This document shows positions 12,587-21,475 of a stretch of DNA of 64,000 bases, one piece after another. The DNA is from an uncultured Planctomycetota bacterium (GTDB lineage: Bacteria; Planctomycetota; Planctomycetia; Isosphaerales; Isosphaeraceae). Below the pieces are notes generated by a model, which saw only the letters and a list, made by a program, of their open reading frames with translations, was not told where the DNA came from and did no database searches. Both the position numbers and the translations under genes were made by a program. Position 1 is the first letter of the stretch; the number at the start of each line of letters is the position of its first letter. Where the stretch lies: positions 352,001-416,000 of the forward strand of contig CAWGMQ010000011.1 of NCBI GenBank assembly GCA_963823665.1, given 5' to 3'.

Positions 12587-12717
12587 TTCGCCCCGGGTTG
12601 GCCCCCTTGTTTGATTCTGCGATCGATGACGTCCCGGCTCGACCGCGCCGGGCCTGCACATCGAACGATTGTAATCGTTTCGGGCGCCGGAGATAGATGG
12701 GGCAGGCTTTTCGGATT

Positions 12718-13491
12718 CTAGCAGATCACCCCGTACCGGCCCGAGAGAACGAGCGACATGAGCTCGCCGAAGAGCGCGAAGATCATGGCGATGTAGAGAA
12801 TGCCTGTCGCCGACTGGGTCGAGCGAATCATCGCCGTCTTCCAGGTCATGTAGGTGGCGATCCCCGTGGCCAGGAACCCCATGCCCCACCGCCCGCAGAA
12901 GAGCACCGTCGCCCCGGAATCACTCGCCCAGGAAGCCTGCCCGGCCAACCCCGCGAACAAAAGTGCCAGGCCGACTCCCGCCAGCACGGCGCGTGCCGCG
13001 AGCCCCCCGCGATCGAGCGCGATCGTGCGCTTGAGCGGCTCGATCGTCATCGCCGGCGCGGTCAGGTAGTAGTGTCCCAGGAGCATCGAGCAGAGCACCG
13101 CCCCCAGCAAGAACCCGGAAGCCACGCGGCTCGCTCCGTTATGCAGAAGCAGAAGACCTTCCGCACCGCGCGAAGCCGTCAAAAGCCACAAGATTTCCGC
13201 AACCGCCCCGGTGGCCGCGGTGCCCTCGCCCACGCCCGGCAGCCCCAGCCCCCACGCGATCGATGAGACATAGGCCATCACCCCGCCCGCGACGATGATC
13301 CAGAACGAGATCCCCGTCCCGCTTGCTCGCGCTTGGTCGAGCGCAGCCAAGGCCAGCAAACCCAGGGTGATCTGCTGCTGCGTCCGGAAGAACGGCAGCG
13401 GTACCGTCCGCCACGAGACGAGCACTGTCGCAATCGAAAGGCCCAGCGCCAGCCGGACTGCAAAATCGGCAAGCATCGGTGCGGTCATCAT
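12718..13491 (-). CDS. Multi-pass membrane protein (hypothetical)
   Basis: About 7-8 hydrophobic helices; SMLLGHYYL and QSATGILY motifs. Start codon uncertain. Confidence 0.75.
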   Translation of the reverse strand: MMTAPMLADFAVRLALGLSIATVLVSWRTVPLPFFRTQQQITLGLLALAALDQARASGTGISFWIIVAGGVMAYVSSIAWGLGLPGVGEGTAATGAVAEILWLLTASRGAEGLLLLHNGASRVASGFLLGAVLCSMLLGHYYLTAPAMTIEPLKRTIALDRGGLAARAVLAGVGLALLFAGLAGQASWASDSGATVLFCGRWGMGFLATGIATYMTWKTAMIRSTQSATGILYIAMIFALFGELMSLVLSGRYGVIC

Positions 13492-13607
13492 TGTCCGGAC
13501 GATGCTCCGGATTCCCAAAAAAGCGGGCTATGGCCAAATGCCATGTGTCATAGTAGCATGTTTCTTTCGGCGCCGACCAAACCCCCCCTCTCAAGAAGGG
13601 CGAATCG

Positions 13608-14708
13608 ATGAGCAGACTTTTGAAACACACCCTCGCATTTGTTGCGTTCGCGGGGCTCACCGCCTCCAGCGCACTGGCGATCGCTGCAGATCGCACGGCA
13701 GACGAAATCCTCAAAGAGCTCGCTACTGTGTCGCCGAAGCTCGACCCAGCCAAGGCACGCGATGCAACCGCCGTCCGCCAGTTCCGGTCGGAAATGCAGA
13801 AGGTACTTCCCAAGCGGCTTGAATTGATTCGCGAGCTGTACAAGGCCGCGCCAGAAAACGAGCAGCTCGTCACCCTGTTGCCGGAACGATGGATGAATCT
13901 GCAATTCACCGGCGCGACACCCGACGCGGGCTATGACGAAGTTGTTGAAGTGCTCGCCCACAACAAGAACGAGAAGCTCAGGCTAGAGGGGTCGTTCCAC
14001 AAGGCTCGCTTCCAGTTGATCAAGGGCAGCGAGAGTGGAAAGCCTGAGCTCACGGCGATGGACGAATTCATCAAGCTCGCACCCAAGGATCCGCGCTCCC
14101 CCAATCTGCTCTACGGCGCAGTAACTCTTACGAAGGACAGCAAGGCCAAGGCCGCGATCGAGGATCGTCTCGTCAAAGAATTTCCGGAGTCGATGTACGC
14201 GGGGATGATCAGCGGCGCTCGTCGCCAGCGCGAGCAGGTCGGCAAACCGTTCGATCTTGAATTCACCGATGCTATCAAGGGCTCGACGGTCTCGATCAAA
14301 GGATTAAAAGGCAAGGTCGTGGTGATTGATTTCTGGGCGACCTGGTGCAACCCCTGCGTCGCCGAGATGCCCAAGATGAAGAAGATTTACGCCGAGTATC
14401 ACGACAAGGGAGTCGAATTCATCGGCGTGAGCCTGGATCAGCCCAAGGATCAGGGCGGCCTGGAGAAGCTCAAGAAGTTCGTCAAGGACAACGAGATCGC
14501 CTGGCCCCAATACTATCAAGGCGATGGCTGGCAGAGCGAGTTCTCCAAGTCATGGGGAATCAACTCGATTCCCTGTATGTTCATCGTCGACCAGGATGGC
14601 AAGCTCGCATCGGTCGAGGCACGCCAGCACATTGAAACGCTTATCCCTGAGTTGCTCAAGAAGAACGCAGCCCCGGCAGGCGCAGGTACCGGCGCCGGCG
14701 GCCAGTAA
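13608..14708 (+). CDS. Secreted TlpA/ResA-type thiol-disulfide oxidoreductase
   Basis: Signal peptide; KGKVVVIDFWATWCNPC; GINSIP cis-Pro loop. Confidence 0.92.
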   Translation: MSRLLKHTLAFVAFAGLTASSALAIAADRTADEILKELATVSPKLDPAKARDATAVRQFRSEMQKVLPKRLELIRELYKAAPENEQLVTLLPERWMNLQFTGATPDAGYDEVVEVLAHNKNEKLRLEGSFHKARFQLIKGSESGKPELTAMDEFIKLAPKDPRSPNLLYGAVTLTKDSKAKAAIEDRLVKEFPESMYAGMISGARRQREQVGKPFDLEFTDAIKGSTVSIKGLKGKVVVIDFWATWCNPCVAEMPKMKKIYAEYHDKGVEFIGVSLDQPKDQGGLEKLKKFVKDNEIAWPQYYQGDGWQSEFSKSWGINSIPCMFIVDQDGKLASVEARQHIETLIPELLKKNAAPAGAGTGAGGQ

Positions 14709-14747
14709 CGTAAGCGACATTCTCGAAAATAGACGTGCCCGGATCAG

Positions 14748-14787
14748 GCCGGCTGAGCTTCGCGCGTTCAGGCGAAGCTCGGCCGGC
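14748..14787 (+). terminator. Intergenic hairpin (terminator or stabilising stem)
   Basis: gccggctgagcttcgc-8 nt loop-gcgaagctcggccggc: 16-bp stem with one G-U pair; gttttc follows shortly after. Confidence 0.5.
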
Positions 14788-14840
14788 ATCCTGAGTTTTC
14801 AAGAACGAGTTTTTCCTATTCACTCCAAGGCAGGTGCACC

Positions 14841-15917
14841 ATGATGAGAGGCATGACGATTGCTTGCGTGCTCGGTGGGTGTCTCGCCTCGGCGGCTGTG
14901 GCCAGGGGCGCGGATCGCAAACCCGAGCAGATTCTCAAGGACATCGACGCGATCAAGGCGCCGGCGGGCGACTCGGACTCGAACGACAAAAAAGCGGCGG
15001 CCTCCTCCGCCGACGTCAAGAGCCGTGAAGCCGCCCAGAAGCGAGCGAAGTTGATTGCGGAGCTGTACAAGGTCGCGCCCGATCACAAGCGCATTCCCGT
15101 TCTGATGGTGGAGCGCTGGAAGACCCTCGGAACCCCCGAAAAGACGCGGTATGCCGAGTTCGTGACCGAGCTCGACAAAGTATTTACCCATACCAAGGAC
15201 AAACACTTGAAGATTGAGGCCGCCTACCTGCGGGCGACGCTCAAGCTCACGCCGGCGAGTTCCAAGAAGCAGCCTGACGCCTCCGGTGTTGAAGATTTCC
15301 TCAAGCTCGCCCCCAAGGATCCGCGAGCCCAGACCCTGCTTGGAACGGCCATCGAGGTCGTGAAGGACGACAAGAAGAAGGCCGCGCTCGAGGAGCGTCT
15401 GAACAAGGAATACGGCAGCTCCGACCAGGTCGCGATGTTCGGGCCGCACAGCAAGAAAGACTCGATCGGCAAGCCCTTCCATCTCCAGTTCACCAATGCC
15501 ATCGACGACAAACCGATGTCGATGGCGGACTTGAAGGGCAAGGTGGTCGTCATCGACTTCTGGGCGACGTGGTGTGGGCCTTGTGTGGCCGAGATGCCGC
15601 ACATGAAGGAGCTCTACTCCAAGTTCAAAGACCAGGGGGTTGAATTCATTGGCGTGAGCTTGGATCAGCCCAAGGCGCAGGGCGGCCTCGACAAGCTGAA
15701 GAAATTCGTCAAGGACAACGACATCGCCTGGCCGCAGTATTACCAGGGCGACTTCTGGAACAGCAAGTTCTCGAAGTCGTGGGGCATCAACTCGATCCCG
15801 TGCGTCTTCATTGTCGACGCGGATGGAAAACTCTACTCCGTCGAAGCCCGCGGCAAGCTCGAGGAGATGATTCCGCATCTGCTCCAGAAGGCGAAGTCGA
15901 AGGTGGCGCTCAACTGA
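14841..15917 (+). CDS. Secreted TlpA/ResA-type thiol-disulfide oxidoreductase (tandem paralog)
   Basis: Signal peptide; KGKVVVIDFWATWCGPC; C-terminal domain nearly identical to the upstream paralog. Confidence 0.92.
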   Translation: MMRGMTIACVLGGCLASAAVARGADRKPEQILKDIDAIKAPAGDSDSNDKKAAASSADVKSREAAQKRAKLIAELYKVAPDHKRIPVLMVERWKTLGTPEKTRYAEFVTELDKVFTHTKDKHLKIEAAYLRATLKLTPASSKKQPDASGVEDFLKLAPKDPRAQTLLGTAIEVVKDDKKKAALEERLNKEYGSSDQVAMFGPHSKKDSIGKPFHLQFTNAIDDKPMSMADLKGKVVVIDFWATWCGPCVAEMPHMKELYSKFKDQGVEFIGVSLDQPKAQGGLDKLKKFVKDNDIAWPQYYQGDFWNSKFSKSWGINSIPCVFIVDADGKLYSVEARGKLEEMIPHLLQKAKSKVALN

Positions 15918-15935
15918 GCTGAGCCGGCCTGGCCA

Positions 15936-15967
15936 GAACGTCGTTGGCCGCGCGGCCAACGACGTTC
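15936..15967. terminator. Perfect 32-bp palindrome between convergent genes
   Basis: gaacgtcgttggccgc|gcggccaacgacgttc. Confidence 0.6.
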
Positions 15968-16006
15968 AAGAGTCGCCTTTTGCTCCGCGAAAGTGCGTTC
16001 TATTGC

Positions 16007-16592
16007 TCAGCCCCGCGACCCAAAAATCAGCGACATGAGCTCAGATCGTGTCGCGGGTTTTTCGCGGAACGCCCCGCGCATCGCGCTGGTCACAAACGTG
16101 CTATCCGGCTTCGAGACCCCGCGAATTGTCATGCAACTGTGGCTGGCCTCGATCACCACGGCGACTCCGCGTGCATCGAGCTCGCGCATCAACAGGTCCG
16201 CGAGCTTCCTCGGTCAATCGCTCCTGCATTTGCGGGCGCCTCGCCAGCACGTCCACGACTCGCGGGATTTTCGAGAGCCCGATCAGCTTACCGTTGGGGA
16301 TGTAGGCCACGTGTGCCTTGCCGACCACCGGCAGCAGGTGGTGCTCGCAAAAACTTACGAGCCGGATGTCCTTCACCAGCAGGATCTCATCATATTTCTG
16401 CGTGAACAGCTTCTTGAGATGCCCGCGCGGATCGCGATGAAGCCCGTCGAAGACCTCGGCATACATCCGCGCGACCCGATCCGGCGTCTCCCGCAGACCC
16501 TCGCGCTCGGGGTCTTCGCCCACCGCCAGCAAGATTTCCCGCACCGCGCGGCGAATGCGGTCCAGATCCATCGACTGCTCTTTCCCAGCCAA
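16007..16592 (-). CDS. folE: GTP cyclohydrolase I; frameshift at ~16205
   Basis: [34 protein letters not shown], continuing in another frame as [20 protein letters not shown]. Confidence 0.95.
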
Positions 16593-16888
16593 TTCATAAC
16601 CCCCGAACGCGTGCTGTCATTGCCCTGCTGCCTGCGGGAAAGCCCGCCACCATTCTGAAGGTTGGCCGAGTGTGGCCGCAGATCGCGTCATTCAATGTAA
16701 GTTTAAGCCAATTAGGCAGTTCCGAAAAGAAAGTTATGTATTCTAGGCACGGCACAGTCGAAAATCAACCGAGCGCTGGCTGATGGGAATGGGTTGTCGG
16801 CCATTGACCAGCGCCATCCTGGGTGTTGGAATTCCGGCTTGCGTGGCCATATTCGGGTGACGACTTGGCTGAACGATTGGTGCTGGTG

Positions 16889-17246
16889 ATGAAGTTCGAG
16901 CTCGATTGTAAATGTGGCAGGCGAGTCGGCGTGCTTGCTTCGGCCGCGGGCACCGAGGTCGCCTGCAAATGTGGTAATGTTCCTTGCGTTGTTGATCAAT
17001 CCGCTCATATTTCTGATCATGCGAAACCGGGAAAAAGACGCGGTCGGCCGCGACACCGTTGTCGACGTTCCGCTGCGCATGTGCCAGGAACACCGCGGGT
17101 CGCTCACGCGGTCTGGCCAGCGGAAACTGAGGCGTTTGCTCGTCTCCGTTCCGGTCTATCAGAAGCTCTTGACCGCGTACCCGTGCGCACGGATCAACGT
17201 GAGCAAGCTCGCGGCCGGCACGGTCGATGATGACAATTCTCGCTGA
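16889..17246 (+). pseudogene. Disrupted Zn-finger/membrane hypothetical gene
   Basis: MKFELDCKCG..VACKCG in one frame abuts a TM segment and GRDTVVDVPLRMC..PVYQKLLTAYP in another frame at ~16970. Confidence 0.45.
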
Positions 17247-17272
17247 CAACGACAGCGGTCTGCGTCACGCAC

Positions 17273-18877
17273 CTAACGGGCCTTTTCCAGCGTCAGAAAC
17301 GCAACCCGCTCATTCGCGAAATCCAGAACCACGCGGAACGGCTTGAGGAAGTCGACCCCGATGTTTCCGTCGAGGTATTCGTCGCCGAAGATGCCCGTCT
17401 TGTCCGTTGCGAAGACCACCGCGGGGTTTTTGAACCGGTGGCCCGCCAGCTCGAACCAGGCAATCGTGCCCGTCGCGGTATCGCTCGACCCGATCATCCC
17501 CGTGCCGAGCTTCCGGCCTCGGAGGAGACGCTTTTCCTGCACGGTCTGCGCGTGGAACACAACGTTGCCCACGCCCCGGGGCCCGCTGGCGCCTAAGTCT
17601 AGTCTGAAGAGGCCCTTCTTGTTGCCCTCAAAGGTTGCCGAGATGACCGGCGCCGTTTGATGAAAGATCAGCGGCTTCCAGGACGGCGATTCAAGGTGGT
17701 GGCTCTTCGGGTCGTACAACTTGACCGACTCGTCATCGAGCGCGATCTCGGCCACACACCGCGCCAGCACATCGTAGCCGGCGATTCCGACGACGTCCTT
17801 CCCCATCGCATTCTGGATGTTGACCATGTTCATCGTCACGAATAACGGCCGTTCGGTCGTCATCGGCCCGAGCGTGAGCGACCTGGCCCGGAAGATCGAG
17901 CTTGGCTCGTTGCCCATGACGCTCGTGACGATTGACGAGCCCAACCGCTCGAGCTTCAAGTTCGCGGCGACCGAGGCATCGATCACATTGCTGCCCGCGC
18001 ATGTGTCAAAAATGAACCACCCGGTCTCCTGGCCGTCGATTCTGGGCCGGACCAGAATGTGGCCCGTCATGGCGCGTTTGACGGACAGGCCGGAACGCGC
18101 GGCTGCGTCGAATCGCGTGTCATCGGGGCGGGCCGCCATATCGTAAACGCTTGCCTGCGCGGTTGGCGCGGGGCGAATCGACCCGACGCGGTAGATCTCC
18201 GTGTCTCCCGCCAGCGTCACCGTCACCGTTCCCGGCACCTTCAGGCCACCGAAGTCGCGGTAATCGGCGAACGCCCAGGTCTCCGCGCCCGAGATGCTCC
18301 CGCAATTCAAAGACTTCGGCAGCCACGTTTCGCGCGAAACGCGAAGCTCGACCTTGAACCGGCCTTGCTTGACGTCGATCGCCATCTCGTCACGACTGGG
18401 TCTCACCCTGGAGGACGCGAGCGCCTCACCATCGGCGCGTGCGAGCCACTGGCCGGTTTGCAACTCGACCAGGAGGCGGTTTCGATCGAGGTCGCGGAGC
18501 TGGAGCCGCATTGGCATGTTACTCAGATCGGTCGACCAGCACTCCTTACCGTTGAATCCTACTTTGCTCGGCAGCGGCCCTTCGACGCTCTGAAGGAACA
18601 TCCCCGCGGATGCGAACCGCAGCGAATAATCAGACGTCAACCCGTTGCGCTGCACCTTCCCCTCGATCAGGATCTCCGCCGGCCGGCCCGCAGGCTTGGC
18701 CGTACCTGCCGCCGTGCGCATTTTTTCAAGGATCGCCGCGGCGCCCTCGGCCTTGCCCTTCGCCTTGACCTGAGCACGAGCCGGAGGCTCGAAGGCGAGA
18801 CACGTCACGATGACGGAAACACCGGCGGCCGACACGACGCAACCGCGGAACGCCGGACACCGATCGCGCGATAGCAT
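17273..18877 (-). CDS. Secreted retropepsin-like aspartyl protease (two protease domains)
   Basis: Signal ending PARA; FIFDTCAG and FRLDLGAS catalytic-type motifs; GIAGYDVL and GNIGVDFL. Confidence 0.85.
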   Translation of the reverse strand: MLSRDRCPAFRGCVVSAAGVSVIVTCLAFEPPARAQVKAKGKAEGAAAILEKMRTAAGTAKPAGRPAEILIEGKVQRNGLTSDYSLRFASAGMFLQSVEGPLPSKVGFNGKECWSTDLSNMPMRLQLRDLDRNRLLVELQTGQWLARADGEALASSRVRPSRDEMAIDVKQGRFKVELRVSRETWLPKSLNCGSISGAETWAFADYRDFGGLKVPGTVTVTLAGDTEIYRVGSIRPAPTAQASVYDMAARPDDTRFDAAARSGLSVKRAMTGHILVRPRIDGQETGWFIFDTCAGSNVIDASVAANLKLERLGSSIVTSVMGNEPSSIFRARSLTLGPMTTERPLFVTMNMVNIQNAMGKDVVGIAGYDVLARCVAEIALDDESVKLYDPKSHHLESPSWKPLIFHQTAPVISATFEGNKKGLFRLDLGASGPRGVGNVVFHAQTVQEKRLLRGRKLGTGMIGSSDTATGTIAWFELAGHRFKNPAVVFATDKTGIFGDEYLDGNIGVDFLKPFRVVLDFANERVAFLTLEKAR

Positions 18878-19011
18878 TTACAATGCCTCGTTGAGGTGCG
18901 AAACTCAAGTTGTGACACAATGATAGTCACGGCTCAGTGCCGACGGGCGCCGTTGGGCGGCTCGAGCCTCAAGTCGGGCGGATGGACACGACAACGTCGA
19001 CATATGGCCGT

Positions 19012-21128
19012 CTATCGAGTCGATCTGCGGACACAAGAGCCTCGCCGCACTGGTGCACCGCGCCGCTCGAACAGCAACTTCGCCAGACTCGAGCCTCCGG
19101 CGAAACCACGGCCTCCTGTTAACAATGCCATGTGGACGGCGGCCCAGGTTTCCTCGGGTGCCTCGGGAATCGGACCAGACTGGATTGCAGGCCATTGTCC
19201 TTCGCGGGTGTAAAAGGCGTCGGCCCATCCCAGCACTTGCTCCTCCCTGAGCGGCGGATGGCGCACCATGCCGCGCTCGCGAGAAAGTAGGCGGTAGAGC
19301 GACAACTCTCCCTGCCGCACGCCGCCGGCTTTTCTCTTCAGGAAGTTATCCACGTTGAACCAGTACACACCGCCGGAATCGCTGATCAGGCCGGACGCGG
19401 AAGTTGGCCAGCGACCTGTCCGCGTGTGATGAGCATCGGCCCACGCCAGCACCTGCGGAATCGTCAGCTCCGGCACGCGCGACGAAGATCGTTTTCCCTT
19501 CCGCTCGGCGAGCAAACGAGCCAGCGACGATCCGCCCGGCAGGTCGCGCCTGCCCTGTCGAAGCGCCGCGTCGACGTGCACCCAGGTCTCGCCCGTGGCC
19601 TCCGGAATCTCACCCGACCCGCAACCGGGCCATCGCCCTTCGCGGGCGTGAAAGGCGTCGGCCCACGCCAGGATCTCTGAAACGATCAAATTGGCGCAGC
19701 CACTTCAGGGCGTTTGCGCCGGCCGATGCCAAAGAGCTTCACGAGCGACGAACCCCCTGGCAGGCCGCGGACGCTGTGATCCAGTGCGTATTGTATTTGC
19801 CTCCAGGTGTCGCCGGGAGACTCCGGAATCGCCCCGGAGCTCACGTTCGGCCACTTGCCCGTTCGCGCCCGATGAGCCTGGGCCCAGGCCACAATACCCT
19901 GGATCGTCAACGGTGCGGCCTCCTTATGTTGGGGCTCGTCGCGATCTCGCTGCAGAAGCTGGGGTATCGTCGTACCGCCCGGCAGACCGTGCGCGCCGGA
20001 TTGCACGGCGCGACTCACCGCCTGCCACGTCTCGCCGGGAGCCTCGGGAATGCGTCCCGAGTCGGCGCTCGGCCACCGGCCGTGGCGGGCGCGATGTGCG
20101 TCTGCCCAGCGCAGGATGTCGGGGATCACGAGCGGTGGCCGATGTCCCTTGCTGTACACGCCTCGCTCCTCGGCCCAAAGGCGGACGAGGGATGATCCGG
20201 GACCAACTCCTCGACATCCGGCGACGAGCGACGCATGGATGCCGCGCCAGGTCTCGCCCGGTGCTTCGGCGATCGGACCGGAGTCGACCGTCGGCCATCG
20301 ACCCGTCCGCGCGTGATGAGCATCGGCCCATCGCAGAACTCGAGGCATCGCAAGCGGTGGCAGGTGCCCCATGCTTCTCGCTTCGCGGCGCTCGACGAGC
20401 AGCCGGGCGAGCGACGAGCCTCCGGGAAGCCCGCGGTAGCCGCCTTCAAGCGCGTTATTGAGCGCGATCCAGCTCTCGTCGGGCGTCTCGATGATTGGAC
20501 CGGACGTGACACTCGGCCATCGCCCGGTTCGCGCGTGATGGGCGTCGGCCCATTCGAGAATCTGTTCCTCGGAAAGCCGCGTATGACGAAAAACCCCGCG
20601 CTCCTCGGCCAGCAGCCGGGCGAGCGTCGATCCGCCGGGCAGCCCTCCTCGCCCAAGCTTGAGTGCGTCGTTCAGTGCAAGCCATGTGACGCCGCCGCCA
20701 CCGGGAACCGGGCCCGATGTGCCCGTCGGCCACTCCTCCTTCACCGCATGCCACTCATCAGCCCACGCCAGGATCTGCTCCAGGCTGAAATCTGGTTCTT
20801 GCAGGTGATAACGCCCTCGGTGCTCGGAAAAGAAGCGGGCAAGCGTGCCGCCAAAGGCGAAGCCGCGGCGCCCGAAGCTTAACGCAGCTTCAATCAATAA
20901 CCAAGTCTCGCCAGGGGCCTCTGGGATGGGCCCCGCTCCTGGAGTAGGCCAGTCACCTGAGCGTGCGAAGAAGGCGTCTGCCCAGCAAAGGACCTCGTTC
21001 TCATCGAGGTCAGGCGGCACGCCACGCGCCGCTTCATCTTCCGCCAGGGCGGCCCGGAGCACGCCGAACCAGCGCCTGGCGTCTCTTCCAGCTTTCATCC
21101 ACGTCACGCCGGCGCTTTGCCCGCCCAT
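19012..21128 (-). CDS. Protein of nine ~73-aa tandem repeats (ILAWADAHxARTGRWP..GETW..AL..GxRGLPGGSSLARLL); frameshift at ~19690
   Basis: ORFs 19686-21128 (6 repeats) and 19012-19689 (3 repeats) join at a repeat boundary if one base is added (GCG CCA AT TTG ATC). Confidence 0.85.
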
Positions 21129-21475
21129 TGCCCGCTAAGAAAGGTCGATTGGGGTTCTTTTGAGTGTACATAGATAAGACCGCTATGCATTGTCGCGTTC
21201 CGCGCTGCGCGGCTCGGCCGACGATCGGCATTCTTAAGTATCGGCACGAGCTGTGTCGTGCCATAAATAGCGTTTTCTTTTGCCGCGACCGCACTCGATG
21301 GAGTCGCGGAACGCGTCCTGGTCGTCCGGGCGTGCGTCAACAGGATGAAGTGCAACTCGATCCCGCTTGTTCAAGAAATGTTTGACGCCGTGTTCTGCGG
21401 CCGGGGATAATTCGTGACGAGCCCACCACAGCGAGACCACCGTTGTGCGAGGCGTACGGCGGGCGAGACGAGCGG

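Noticed and set aside
19680..19700. Programmed frameshift or two-gene operon in the repeat protein
   Set aside because: The break lies at a repeat boundary and indels are frequent window-wide. An overlapping TTGA stop/start cannot be fully excluded.
21241..21266. Sigma54 promoter upstream of the repeat gene
   Set aside because: GG-to-GC spacing is 9 rather than 10 nt; only a small ggcacga/tcgtgcc hairpin is supported.
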